Shown here piece by piece: positions 12,641-30,737 of a stretch of 64,000 nt of DNA. The stretch covers positions 9,075,832-9,139,831 of the forward strand of contig OZ316897.1 of the NCBI GenBank assembly GCA_973895155.1, written 5' to 3'. The translations under genes were made by a program, and so were the position numbers. Source of the stretch: Marsupella aquatica (taxonomy: Eukaryota; Plantae; Marchantiophyta). The notes beneath the pieces are model-generated. The model was not told the origin of the DNA and searched no databases. It saw only the letters and a list, made by a program, of their open reading frames with translations. The first letter of the stretch is position 1, and each line of letters begins with the position of its first letter.

Positions 12641-13097
12641 GTGTTACGTTACCTTACTGTAGGCCCCCGCGTCAGCAGAGCTCCACTGACGTGTAAGTAA
12701 TAACTGTAAGGGTGTAGTCATCCGTGCCATTGTAGTCTTACGTTACCTTACTCTTTGCCTGGTGTCAGCAGAGCTCCGCTGACGTGTAAATAATGATTGT
12801 AGGAGTGCAGTCATCGGTGCGGCCGTCGTGTTACGTTACCTTACTATTTGCCCCGTATCACCGGAGCTCCACTGACATGTAAGTAATGAGTGCAGGAGTT
12901 GTGGTAGTCGGTGCGATCGTCGTGTTACGTTACCTTACTATTTCCCAGTGTCAGCGGAGCTCCGCTGACGTGTAAGTAATGAGTGTAGTAGTCGATGCGA
13001 TCGTCGTGTTACGTTACCTTACTCTTGCCCAGTGTCAGTGGAGCTCCGCTGACGTGTAAGTAATGAGTGTAGGAGTGTAGTCGTTGGGTGCGATTGT
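12641..13097 (+). repeat. Tandem array of 5 units (93, 93, 93, 84 bp spacing) upstream of RD21; each unit has a 20-bp palindrome
   Basis: Palindromes start at 12671, 12764, 12857, 12950 (perfect GTCAGCGGAGCTCCGCTGAC) and 13034. Each unit also carries ttacgttaccttact, and 4 of 5 carry TGACGTGTAA. Confidence 0.95.
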
Positions 13098-13332
13098 GCA
13101 GTGTGGGAGACGACACGGGTCCATCCGTTCGAGCCCCTCGTCTCCTGCATCGAATGCGGTTTCTGGGTCTTCGGAATCACGCCATCGATTTCTTCAGTCA
13201 CCGATCGCTTCTCAAGGTTTGCTCACTCCATCACCAGAATTTCTGGCTCTCAAAGCTTCAATTTGTCACACTGTCTGTCTCTTCATAATCGGTCAGTGAC
13301 ATTGGAGAGAGAGAGAACCTCGGATTGCGAAC

Positions 13333-17063
<3,731 letters not shown>

Positions 17064-19944
17064 AGGAATTCCATTTACTGCTGCCGACTATTTTCACAAC
17101 CAATCAATTGCGTGATATGAAGGGAAGCAGATATTTAATGGCATTCTTACAGAGCAACATGTGATATTGGCCACATCAGTAGGACTTAATTGCACCGTTT
17201 GCTTGGGGAAAATATTGACATTGAGAGTGTAATGTCCGGCTTGGATTGGATCTTACATTGAACGCCTTTGGTGATTCCCGTATTTGTCTAACTTTAGATG
17301 TGCTCTAGGGTTCCCTTTCATTCCACTTAAAGGTTATTCTCCACTCATTCATGGTGTTGTGATCCTCTGTGATTTGACAATAGGAGGTAGATGACGCCAC
17401 ATACTATGTAATTAGTGAAGCAATATTCTCAAGGGATGAGTGGATTGTGTATATTTTGTGACTTTTGTATCAAATATACAAGACGGGGTGATCCAAATTG
17501 GCAGATATTTATAATACCATTTATCTGAGGTGAGTGAGCAGCTTTTCTACAAGTCATTGTGGGCCTGAGTTAAACAAATGGAAAAGGGCCTTAACTGTTT
17601 TGAGGATCTGTAGAAGGTTTTAGTGGGTGTGTAGTGTAATTGGAACTTCTTTGATCCAATTTACATTTGTTCGCCAGGCTTTCATTGTTCCCATGCGGTC
17701 CAGGTGTGCTGCAAGTTTTACTATTTACAGAGAATTATATGTTGTCAGCTCCATTCTTGTTTGGTTATAATTTCTGTGAAAGTGGAAGGGTACAGATGGA
17801 TACCGGCTGAACACTTCAAGGAAAAGAGTGTCGGCCCCTTTCATTGTGTAGTAGGCTGTGCCGGAGTGCTTCCTGAGAGATCGTTAGTTTCCCTCTTAGA
17901 ATATTGAACTGGTTCTTTCTGGACTCGAAGCTGTGTACTTAATTTGAGTGGTGTTTTAAGTATCTGGTGTTATTAACATCCCCAAGGATGGGCTGCCTTT
18001 GCGTTTGATGGTTGAGGCAAATGCTTTGCATATATAGTCAAGAGAGGGAACACAAAGAAACGCTCATATGACAAAAGATAATAGAAGGTAGTGCAAGGGC
18101 CATATTACTGAAGACTACAACTGTCAGCATGTCTAAGTCCCGCCACGGGCATATGGGTCTTGTTAGAGAAGACTACGGAATGAAATTGAATAGTCTAGTG
18201 ATCAGTCACTCTGCAGGGAATTGGAAACAAAGCTGCGAACTATCAGTCCAAGTAATCGGGGTCTCGACAGAACTTTACAGTGCAAAAAGTTAGTGAGCTG
18301 GTGCTTTACTATGGACCGCGAGGAAAGGGTGAGAAGTTGATCAGAGGAAAAGGAAAAGACGTGGTCGAAACTGCCACGGGCCAGTCACGAGTGGTCTGAA
18401 ATGGGCAATGTACCTTACAATCCTTTGTGTCCGCGAAGCAGTGTCCAGCAGTTGTATCTCAAATTCACGTGGTTTTCCAACTGTAGAGTCTCACGAGAAC
18501 CTTCAATGGAGTTTCTTAAGCTTATAATCTTACTGGAGTATTCCTTTGATTTTCAAAAGCTTTTTGTCTCCCCACCTCAGATTCAACTTTCTCAAATGTT
18601 GAGTCATAGAATCTGCAATGGACCTTCAAAAGCTGAGACTCACTTGAATTACAGTGAGTGGTTTTCTAAGCTTATGAAAGCATCACAGTTGGACTTGAAG
18701 TGTATAAAGAGGGAGGTGAACGAAACGAACGATCATTAAATCTTAAAACTCCAAAATCCCGAATTGACTGACTGTAGTTGAAAAGCCTATGTGAATATGT
18801 GAAAGCTTGTATGAACATTTGTAAGATCTGTCAAACACAGGAACTCTGAGTGGTGCTTGTTTCGGTCCCTATTTTCACAATAGTTAAGAAGAACCTCATG
18901 TGGATTTCTTTAGGATAGATCTATTCCTAAACTCGGAGAGGCGCATGTCTTAGGACCAGCTTTTGACACAAATTGAAATTATAAGAATGTTTTTGGAAAG
19001 AAATAACTCATTACGCAACAAGAGTAGCGAGTGCCCTTGGACTGATGTCAACAACCTTCGGATCAATTCCGACCGCCTAATCAGCAGTTAGACGTGGAGT
19101 AGTTAGACAGCTCTTATCTTCTACTGAGCATACAGGCTGAGTAAACATACTACCTGCAAAACGTACAACAGGAAAGTAGAACTCATTCTTAACACCATCA
19201 ACAACTGGCAGGTACAAAGCTTCACACATACTCGTATTTCATTGCCATGGGGCTCCCAAGAGCACACTGTAATCATGACAATGCAAATATTCGTCTAGAT
19301 GCTCTGTATCACCTGATGAATCGAGTCTTACCCACTGTCACGAAAGTCTTATGAAAGTACTCATATCAACCGTTGCTCACTTGATCTAGAGCTGTCATCC
19401 CTGTCTGCATCTGACGGAGACTTGAATGGGGACCAAGACGCCCTTGATAGTATTTAACAAGAGTAATCAGTAAAGTTTTTACTCCCATGGTTTCTAATCT
19501 GTACAACCCATAAAATCCAGAAGAGTACCATAGGCTCCCATCATTGTCATAGCTCCGAATTTCTGAGTCGCGTGGTGTGCTGCTGGAACACAGAGCAATT
19601 TGGGTTTACACATAATTCGCGCAATCAAAGCTAGAAAATAAGCCACAGCTGATCTTCAAGCATTACCGAGATGTTATGCAAAATTCAGCTTCAGACCTGG
19701 TGCAATCAAAGAAACTAGAAATCGACAGATAGCCAACTGTATTTATGCACAAAGTTGGGCTTTTCATTAATATGACCAAGCTTCAGATCTATTGTAGCTT
19801 CCGAAGTCATCACTTGTCCAAATAGCCAGTGTGCCCCTTACATGCAAAGAATTTGCCATCAGTATCATTGAATGTCTGTTCCAAGGTCACGGTAACACAA
19901 TCAACAGCGTTGCCTTATTGGCCTGGAGGCTTGTTATTGCATGC

Positions 19945-22900
19945 TCAGAGAAACTCTCGCACTAGCATAGGCCTTCGAATTGCATTTGTGAATCCCTGCT
20001 CAGACCAATACACAGCAAATCAGTAGCCACCTCTGTCAGTAGTCAGACTTCCGGCAAAGAATTTTGGGTCATGACTGGATCGGACTGTTTATGCCATCTC
20101 TTATTAGCCAGCAATTAAACAGCCACATCGATCTGTGATGCCGATAAAATACCTCATGATATTTGTACAGCAGTGGACGCAAGTCTCTTTTATTTGACGG
20201 GGGCAGATTGGCAGTCTTCTCTGTTCCGTCTTGCACCGATTTTTTCTTCCACCTGCCAAAAGCATGATCGAATTAGAAATATTAAGATAACAAGAAAGAA
20301 TTAAAAAATTTCGGTTATGTGAAGGGTGTTGCAAGGTTTTTGGGCAATGTGAGATTTCATTGTGTAAAATATTTAATGTCAATCTTATTCAACGTCCCCA
20401 TCTGAAACAAGGAGCTGGTACAGCAAAGACATTTTAATCTGGGATGGCATCATCTCCCGTCTGATAGAGTTTTATTTAGTGTGAAGAAACCCAAGAACAG
20501 CACACAGGAAAGGTCAGTTGGTGGTCATTAACCAAGGAGTACATGCGACCTTCATTCAGATAATGTGAGCAAGCACAAATAATTGATATAAAGTAGCAGG
20601 AACACATACCCGTCAAAGAAATTCGTTGCCTGGTGGGTAATAGTCGGCAATCTCCTCACTTTGCTAGATTGAACCGATGCATCATCCTTCACTTGAATTG
20701 GAACGTCCTTGACTTCAGCTGCAACTTCCTTCTCAGAAATAGGTGCTTTGCCGTGAATATCTCCTTTTCGTGTATCGTCATTCTGCAACTTTATTCCAGA
20801 TTCTGGTTTTTTGTTGTCACGGTTGAACAACTTGAAAGCAGGACCCGGGTAGTTCGAATTTCCACTGCTTCTGCCTTTCTTATCAGTGGAGAAAGGTCCT
20901 TGGGTCACGGAATCACCTGTTTTGACAGCAGAGAGGCTCTCCCGACGGATTCTCTCGAGCTCAATCTTCAACAGAAGGTATTTACTTTCAAGATTAGCGA
21001 AAATCACACAAAAATGGCAGAGTTCGAAGCACGTCAATTTTTAGAATTTTATGAGAATCTCTAAAATTGAAGGATTATTAAGCTTAAGATTGAAATTCGT
21101 ACGGTTGCAAACAATTGACCGACAGCTACTTGAGCTACTACAGCAATAGATGCAGAGGATTAAAGAAATTGCATAGTTTACCTCGTGGCCTAACATCTGG
21201 CAAATAGTGGTTGAAAGCTGGCGATACTGTGTTTTGTAACCCTGTGCCAAGGATGCATCAGAAGTACAAATTATGAGGTAAGATTATGCCAGTGCTCTCA
21301 GAATCCATCACATTGATTGAATTTACTTCTGAGAAATATACCATGCTTCCATAAACATTATCGTATCAACTTGACCAAAACCGTGACTGGCCTGACAACA
21401 AATGCTCGTCATTTCACTAACTCCTAAAGCTGGAAGCCTTTTGCATATCAGAAATCGAGTTGTTCGTCCAGATTGTTGCAATATATCTTGGGCATTATCA
21501 GTGCCCCCTGTTTCCAACAATCCACTTGCATGGATACATAACCGAGAATGTGGACTATGCTTCTCATTGCAATGCTGGTTCTTGCCTACCCAATGAAAAG
21601 GAATCAACCTTGGCACCTAACACACACCTCAAAGCTTACGATACTACTGATTGGAGGATCCAAACGCATTTCTCCTTGGCTTTGCCAGTTGGATTCTTTG
21701 CCATCACCCTTCAACGGATCCCCTGTGCCGTGCTTATAAGTAATGGCGAAGCAAACCATTGTGTCTACCAGCTGCGTCAAAGTCTCCTTTTCAGAGTTTG
21801 TATATAGCTGTACTGCAACCTGACCACGTTCAAGCACAATTATGAATTAGTACAACTTGCTTTGGAGTATTGTTCCCTAAAAGACGATGGCAGATGTCCC
21901 ATTACATTACGGATAAAAACTAGAAAACGAGAGAGCAGCTTCACAGTAGTCAGATTGATCTGGTAATCGAGAATCCTGCTAGTGCAAATAGAAACAAATT
22001 TTGGAGTTTAATGTTTAGGGATAACCAAGCGATACTAGAAACTCTGAAAGGGATCTTCGAATTGAAGACGGAGGGATGTTACTTACAGGTCGTAGAGGAG
22101 GGCTCAGCATAGCAAGTAATGGCGATAGCACATCTAAAGTAAGGGGCGTGATTGATATGCTTCGTGAAATTGCAGGCGACATCTGATTAATCCATGTGTT
22201 CAGCATTTCCCTCTTGTTAGCAACCCCTGTTTTGTACCTGGTGAGGAAAGAAATTGACGACAAGTGAATTTTACAGCTTCGATCCAACTGACTGACTCCT
22301 CGACTACTTGAAAGACACCAGAGAAATGAGTCAACTTATTGTATGAAACCAAAAAACACGAAAACGGCCATCATTTCAACCATCTTTGTCTTCTCCGGCC
22401 CCGTTTTGAACGAAGGGCATTGGACATTTGTCTGTTTCACTTTGTCTGACCCTCTTTAATAACATCTCATCGCTGAAAGCTCCATAGGTTGCTGGTTCTC
22501 AGTAACTACTGTACTTTAATATCAGCAAATAATAACCTTTGGAACGCCCTTGGCCACTGGATATTGGGCCGTGCAGGTACAGCAATCAGACTTCGAACGG
22601 TGATAAGAGTTGAAGGCTGATATCCTGCAATCATAAGCATAGCTCTAAATCAAATCTTGCTATTGGCTCAGACAGAGCAGATATGTTCAGAACTGGCCAA
22701 TCTCAAGGAAACAGAGTGCTGGAAGCAAACATTGGGCGTTTAGTAAAGTCACCAACACGGAACCCCATTTTAGGCTTTTTCTTAAACCAATGTTGATGTC
22801 AAGCAAGGGGAAAGGCAGCCAAGCAACAACCCGAAAAGGAAGCGTGTTGGAACACATGGCGCATCAAGACTTCAGATATAACAATCCCAACAGCTGGCTA

Positions 22901-25900
22901 TCACGGATGTCGAAGGGTGTTTTAAACTTGGACCATGGCAGTTTCGAGGCCTACCGTTCAGGAAATAGTGCTGCTTGGAATACACTTCTTTGTTCCTGAT
23001 ATCCGAATCACACATTGCGTGCAGACACTCGACCTGAATTACGAAAACCAGAGAATGTCCTCAGATCAATGACTGCAACCTGAAATCGATTTGAATTAAG
23101 AATGTTCCTGATATTGAGTTTGGATTCATCTTTTGCACAAATGGATCTATTTACTTAACATTAGAAGAAAAAAACGTCTCTTGAACAACATCTACACTTG
23201 TTTCATTAATTACAATACATTATTAAATTTGGCCTCTACGAATAGGACCGATAAGAAACCCGGAGAATACGGCAGCCTAGGTGCACGTCTGTAATATGTA
23301 GATCCAAGCCTTCTCCATCGACTCGTCAAGAAACCGAAAAAGCTATATGGAAAAGTGGGTGACATTTATTAAATGCTCCGAATTTAGAACGAAAGTCTAC
23401 AGCTTACAGTTTTTGATAGAGACGAATCCTGATATCCCGTGTGCAGAAGGTTTTCGTGGATGCCGTCAATTGCTAGTTCATGATCGCCACTGCAGGGGCA
23501 TAGAAGCAATCAGAAGAGCACCCGGCACACAAAGATGACAGAGCTGTTATTGGAATGCAGTTCAGGACGAAGACCAGGTTATTTTACTTGGGGAAAGAAA
23601 TTTTGGGTAGGAGCTGCTGGTTATATTCAATTGGAAATTTAAACTAAAAAGTGTTCATCCAATCAAGTGTTAACTAACAGGAAGTTGAATTTCGATTGAA
23701 AGCGCGACTCTTAAAACTTCTACAAACAAACTCGTCACACCGGTTTTACCAAGCCTGTATTCAGGCCATCAATCAAGAAATAGAAACTTGTTGACACCTA
23801 TCGGCACGAAACAAGGAGGATGTCCATGAAAATTGCGGAGGCCACGTACTAGTTGGAGATCAAGTCATAGATGCGCAAAAATTGAAGCTGGTCTTGTGCA
23901 AGATTGCGAGCTTCTGATCTGGGTTGGTGTGTCTTGGGCCTTGAAGAGTTGTCTATTTTTCGGAAGACCTGAAGCATTTACAAGACATTGCATCGTGGTA
24001 TCTTCAAGTGATGGTACTTTTTAAACCGAATTGGTGCTTCACTACTTTTTCTTTAATTTTGTATGCTTCACTACTTTTAAAACCTTCCGCATTTTTTTCC
24101 CCCAAATTGGAAGAGGTTGGGAACTGTAGAATAATTCATTTAGAGAAGCATTAATCCATAACATTCAAGTCACACACCTGAAAGGCTTTCCGATCGCAAA
24201 GCTGAACTTGAGACTTTTCCTCGAACCTTTCAAGCGAGGGCTATTACATTTCTACTTCAAAGGAAATGGAAGTTGCTCGAGTAAGCTTTACCTCTCCCCA
24301 GATATCGTACGCACTTTTCGTCATGTCCTTAGAGCCAATAACCTGTGACCCGACATCCACCTGCAAGACATGATAGATCCCACCGAATCAAACCGGCTGA
24401 GGGCACATATACGGCATCAGAAAAATTGGTGGAGTTCATTAAATAACAAGGATTGAAGTTGAGGCCTTCGCATTGGTTTCCAGAAAATATTCAGGCAAGC
24501 ATAGCTTCTATTCAGGACTTACTGATGTTAGGGGTTTCCCTTTCCGTTTGAGAAACTGAAGTGTATTCAAGCATGCACGAATGTCACTTTCTGCAGAGAG
24601 CAAGAAACCATCACATTCAGGAAAACTCAGACACATCCACACTAAGAAATAAATCAAGGCACGTTGCTCGCAATACAGTTGTTAGCCAACTCGCTAAATT
24701 CTCAACGGATGTTGCACTACTACTTGTTAACGGCTGACGCCTACCCCAGCAAATTCCCGACTACAAACCTGGAAGAGAAGAGAAACAGCCCGGGTTGGAT
24801 CTCCTACCACAACTGGTTACCAAAATCAGGCCAACGATCGGAGGTGACACATATCATCATCAAGGTACGGGGAGTGTATTCAATGAATCGAGTGACGGAG
24901 GTGGTAATAATCATCCACCTCTCTGGAACTGGTCAGTGAAAGGCATATGTAAAGAGGAAATACTTGAGAAGGTTAATACTGGCCTGCTCTCCGAGAGGTT
25001 AAACTAAATACTTGTCATCTAGAATGATTTTATATGTAGTATTACCTGCATGTTCAGCAAGCGTTGTGACGGCTTGGATGTTGGTCTTGAACCCCTCCTC
25101 GTTGCAAATGTACTTCAGTCTATTTATTTTCCGACAATGCAGCATCAAGACAACCTTTGTGTCAGATCCACGTTATAGTAACAGGCACTAAAGATCTAGT
25201 AAGGGTGCTTTCTTCTATCAGAATACAACCTGACAGCGGTGGGGACATCACCAGAAAGATGCACGCGATCTGCATTAGCGAACATCTATTGGTGAAAAGA
25301 GTTACTGCACTACGCAATCATGGAGTGATCTGGGACAGTCACAATTTGAATTTAAAGTGCAGGGTCAGGCAGGCGGGGCACCTTGCGACCACTCTGTTTG
25401 TACTTGGTCTTGAAAACATATGAACCCTGCCATTACATTGAGTTCATGAAGACAGTAAGTATTCCATCCAAAAACTGTATAATAAAATGATCTTCTTAGG
25501 AAATTCGGATTACTATGGGAAGCACATTTGAAATAGCTCTTCTATACATAAAAACATGAACAGCTTTAGCGGTCATAATCAACCCCGCAAAAGAAATGCA
25601 GATTGGAAGGTTCATATCCAGTCCTATGTCGTTTGAGCCTTAGTATCCAATAGGCGTGGATGGGCATTCTATCAAAAGTTGCAATTTTCATGTCTTGCCT
25701 AGTGATACGAGTAATGATGATGCACACACCTGGCAATCTGACGCAGTGGCCGAAGGGCAGGGGCATAAAGGTCATTGCAGATGCAAATAATCTTCCAGTG
25801 AGCAAACCCACATCATTGTAAGCACAATATGTTCCAGCGGCTTCTTGACATTGTCGACGACTTGGACAAAATCATTTACCGAGCTTTATTTATTTGAATC

Positions 25901-28900
25901 ATTTCACCAAGTAAAGATCAGCCAAGCATCCCAATGAGAACTTTGTCAAGAAAAGACGTCTAGATCTCTCATGAGTCCTTACAAAATCAACCATCCTCAA
26001 GTCATAGAACTTACTGGTCGTGAAAGACTTTGAGTGGCTGCTGATTTCTTCTTTTTAGCTACTCCTTTGGTGGGACCATCCTTCGACTGATTCTCTTCAC
26101 TGCCTTTGTTTTTCTTATTTGTTGCCGTTATCTGACAAGGATAGAACACGATCAGAGGAAAGCACCCTTCATAAGCCCCCTTCATAACCAAGTCTTACAG
26201 CAGCTTTGACAATGAGTCACCCTCCTTGGGAACAGTTTTCTACGTTCATTGCATTGTCTTAACGTCGATGGTCACAAGCAGGGACTGCACAAGCACTAAG
26301 AAATTCAATGCAGGAATGGGCACGCAGAAGGTGAAATCTGTAGCCCGAATTCGGCAGTCAAAAGGAAGATTGCAAATAAACAATTCGTGGCTCTTTGACG
26401 TATGTTCAATATCAAGCAGCATCACAATAGAAGAGTGGTGCTTTCCTGGGCTTCCTCGCGGAACACTTCCAAAAATCTAGCTCAGATCTCTTCTTCTTAT
26501 AATTAATTTCTTTTTATAGCGATCTCTTATGATAGACCAGATTTGGTGCAGGTAATTAATTGATAGTAGTAGAACTTGGAAGCTTCACTAATACAGTGAC
26601 CTCGCTGGCAAGGATAAACTGAGGTAAAATCCATACAATATCAACCAGTTGCTTAATTGCGCTACGTCCTTCCGTTCCACCCACAGCTCCATCGATTTCA
26701 TCAATGATCTGCCACCAAATACAAGAGGTCCCCTTGAAGTTAAAAACGGCTCTCCGGAGTGCGAAAGACTGATCAAAGAGCAGCAAGTCACGGATTCAGT
26801 GGAAGCCAACATGCTTTCATTGCTGAAATAGTTCTGGCGTCAGATCGGAGAGCACATATAAAATTCATAAGAAGGAATAAATTATCCTGTGGATTACCAG
26901 ACAATTTGGTCGTGAATCCCCAGTCACCGATTTCATTTGAACAGCATCCAGTATTTTCCCTTGTAGCGTGGCAGCGACTCGATCATCACTTGCATTTATC
27001 TAGAACCCAAGGCGACTTTTCATTAGAGTAAAGCAGCACTTGAAAAGTTCCTTGTATCCAGCTGGACATGAACCTAAATTGACAAAATGAACATTAGCAT
27101 CGTACAAACAGTCCGGTGCAACCGAAAACGAGTACAAATTTCCAGTATACCCACAAGCTAAACAACCGCAAACCAAAAGGGATAATGGGGCAACCGGACG
27201 GGCCATAAAAACAACCCAAATGTCTTTGGGTCACAAAAATGCATCAGATGGTATCAAATCAAATCTCTGTCAAGCGAAATTTGAGTTCTTGTGTGACCAG
27301 CCAGTTTCTTTCGGTTGGTAGAAGGGTCTCACCTCCACAACACGATATCCACAATGCTTTGCAACAACGTGGGCTAGAGTTGTTTTCCCCAGCCCTGGAG
27401 GACCACACAGCAGAAGCACCTGCAGATTATCCGATAAGTATGGCACCGGTCCCATGAGCAGACATATTCAAACGAAGTGTGTGTGTGCGGTAGGCCTTCA
27501 TTTCCATGAATGGCATATATGTATAACATCCGGAGCCTGGCACGATTACCTAGCCATTGCACAACAATACAAATTCTGAGAGTGGCTATCGCAGGACACT
27601 TTACACACCAACCTTTTCATGAACTTCATTGTCTGGTAGAGATCCAGAAGTCTCAGATGTTGACTCTCCCATTGAAGTCCAGGAGGTAGAGCTATTTTTA
27701 AAAGGGCCACTTCGTATCCATTTTCTGCCACCAAAGTGATCTTGCTTATAGGTCTTACTTAAACCTTTACCTTCTGCACGAATGGCCTTGCGTCTTAGTG
27801 CAACCAAAACGTCCTTTGATGTAGATGAGTCAGTGTTTTGCCCAAATACACAGGAGTCCCACTGCTTCAGCCACCGGAGTACCTTCTCAAACACAGGCAA
27901 TCGGCATAGGGCAATTGTCAACTTTCCATCTTTCACAAACTCACCATCTAAGGTTGGGGCCGGGGAATTCTCTAAACGCTAAGTAGTGTCCGCAATTGCC
28001 ATCAATCCGTTGCTTTGAAGTTGTTATAACAACGTTAAGTTATGCTAATCACATCAGAACAGTTATATGGAGGTCAATGATGCTCAATTGACAACCCCCT
28101 CAAGGTGACTAGAATGCACACAATGGCTAGTACGAATTGCCCTTAGTTACCTGCCTGTTGGTTTGTTCATCGCTTAGAAGATCGGTAAAAGATTTCGGAG
28201 CATACTTGTCGACCCACAGTTGCTCACGTGAACCTCCCGACTGATCCGCCATTGGCTCCGGCAAATCTTCAGTTGGATTGTCACCATACATCTGTGACCA
28301 AATCCCCGGAAACTCAATCTCAGGAGAAACCCGATGAAACTCGATCTCAGGAGAACTCAATGAAGAACCATTTTGGATTATCTGCTGAGAAATGCAAAGG
28401 GAGCACCAAATTTGATTGTGAACCATCCCTTTGTAATCCCAAAGGTTTGACCTTGAACAGTCTGGCCAAATGCCCCATATTCTCATCCTAAGGACTTCGA
28501 CATCTATGTCTCCCAAGTTAGGTTCGACCGCATGTACCTTTTCTGCTCGCTCAGCCTCCGCTCGCTCAAACATCGCCCCAATAGGCTGCGCCAAAAGACC
28601 TGCACTGTTCAGAGACCACCTTCAGGAAAGTACTGATCCTTCAGGCATGATGACAACAATTGGGACAAACTCAAATTTCAATTTCTGTTCACAACTTGAA
28701 GGACTGTTCCTTGTTCTTCATCCTTGCAATTTTGACTCTTGGTATACGCTGTGCTGTGCCACATGCATGGACACGAGTAGTACGTCTTGAAGTATTCTAG
28801 GCCAACATTTCAAAGTGACTAATCTGCATTATTTTCTTACAATAAACGGACACTTACTGAATTTTGAGCTTGGCATTTGGCAAGGAACCTTTGCAAGTTA

Positions 28901-30737
28901 TGAAAACAAAGTTCAACAATGCTCCCTAGAGAAAGAGAAAACTAGCCTAAGGAGGAAGTTACCTCTACTTGTCACTGAACTTCTGTACCGAGATTTCAGG
29001 TCCAAGGTAACACTTCGGTTGAACTTCGCATACACTCGATCACCGGAAGGCCCAGTGACTGGTACAAATTCACCAGCTATTGCACTCGCCATCCTGAAAG
29101 GCAAATTGTCTGCAGGCTTGACTGCTTCCGGAGAAGAAGACTGGTGGATGTCATCGTTCTTGGCAATATCGCCATCCAGATTTGCCCACTCAGGTGAAAC
29201 TGGTGTCGGAGGGACTTCTTTCGGTAGAGATGATCCATTTCCAGATCGAGCTCTCTTTGCTGTTGCTGTTGTCAAGCGTAAGTGCTTTCAGTTAAATGAC
29301 ATTTGGGGCAGTGACGTGTGATAGAACTGCAAATGCTCGGCCGAAATCGGACACATGGACACTCAACATATGCTTAATCTCTACAGGTTGTCCAGTATCA
29401 TCTTCAGTTTCCAGTCAACATACCGGTTGTCTGTATCTTATCAACTGACGGAAGCTGAAAGACGTCAGAAAGAGGTCTTTTCCGACCAGTTTCCTCGGAG
29501 AACTGCCTCTTGTTGTTCTCTGCGATGCCAAGGAAAGCAACGTTACATTCCTTTGCTTGAGACCCAAATTGTAACGAATAACCTCCTGATGTAATCCCAT
29601 CTTAAAACCCATTTCCTCGATCTTTGCCCCACAATCACTCGATCACCAGATACGGCACAATCTTGGCTGAATGTCCCGGTGAGGACTGGTTCGACGACTC
29701 ATTTCACGCTAAACAATAATGAGGGTTGTCAGAGAGAGTCATTTATGCCACACATAACACCCAACAAAGCGATGCAGACCTTCTCGAGACGCAGAGTCTG
29801 CTCCCATGAGATAAGCATGAAGGATGGAGTCCGCAGAGCAAAAATTCTGGATAGCAACCCAAACATAAAAACCTTGACAACTCGACCTTCGACCTACCTG
29901 TCTTGGTTCTTGGTAAGAAATACTAAATGAACTTCTTCCCTGCATTACATCACTTGGCCGTTTCCTGTACACTACGTGGGTCCTTCAATTTTGCATGAAT
30001 AGCAATGGGACGTCCAGTGAAGGTGACAGGAGCAAATCAGCTCCAATAGACATCCACCTCAAGATTCTAGTCCCATTACTAAGATTCTTCTAGTCCTTGG
30101 AAATTAATTAACATCCAAATCCCACGTCCTACTAAACCAAGACAGACAATAAACTGCATTCAAGCTGCTGGACTGAGGAGGCCAGTGAAATTGAGGATCA
30201 GTCTTACAAACAATTTTCAGGGCTTTCATTACAATTCATTTCAGGACTTCACTACGCCTCGTTACCACCACAGAAGCATATTAAGGCAGATACAAGACAC
30301 AAGCAGTGGCAGAGGCCTGACATCATAATTTTCCGAGTTACTTGAACATCCAACTCCTATAGCTCACTAGCCCAAAAGGGGCAACAAACAGAATTCAAGC
30401 TGCTCCATCGAGGAGGCCAGTGGAATTGAGTATCAATTTGCCAAACAATTTCCAAAACTTTCACTACAATTCCTTTCAGGGCTTCACTACGTCGCTGTCC
30501 CACGACAGAAGCATGTTCTAAGACGCAAGTAATGGCACATTATCATTTGCTGGGTTGGATCTGCAGAAGTTCTGCACAATGTAGGTTGAAGAATGAGCAG
30601 TGAGGAGTACCCGGAGTAGGATGAGTGGCTCGGAGTTGGGGATCGCCACCGTCCTCATCGTAGAATTCTTCATACTCTTCTTCCAGGAATCCCTCACCTG
30701 CCATCCAGGCCAGCTCATCGGCGTCCGGCTCGTCCAT
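19945..30737 (-). CDS. CTF18: Chromosome transmission fidelity protein 18 (alternative RFC large subunit, AAA+), ~1020 aa, 25 coding exons
   Basis: Exons 30737-30611, 29519-29424, 29265-28963, 28599-28538, 28381-28151, 27882-27613, 27419-27333, 26999-26898, 26708-26637, 26131-26015, 25791-25730, 25426-25382, 25119-25046, 24590-24523, 24360-24292, 23968-23850, 23489-23408, 23033-22955, 22624-22537, 22237-22087, 21819-21628, 21241-21182, 20965-20610, 20252-20153, 19995-19945 (3063 nt, in phase). Motifs: [17 protein letters not shown], Walker [18 protein letters not shown], Walker [31 protein letters not shown]-terminal [14 protein letters not shown]. Confidence 0.95.
30110..30520 (+). repeat. 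Degenerate tandem duplication (~235 bp period) in CTF18 intron 1
   Basis: attcaagctgct...gaggaggccagtg.aattgag...ttcactacg...cagaagcat occurs at ~30158 and ~30393. Confidence 0.8.

Noticed and set aside
12641-13097. CRISPR-like appearance (regularly spaced palindromic repeats)
   Set aside because: The sequences between the palindromes are homologous to each other rather than unique spacers. The context is eukaryotic with no cas genes, so it is a minisatellite.
18256-18400. Apparent protein-level conservation (GEKLIRGKGKDVVETA vs GEKLVKGKGGNAIQIA) between 18.3 kb and 52.0 kb
   Set aside because: Differences are mostly transitions and stops flank both copies. Neutral divergence of a duplicate explains it.
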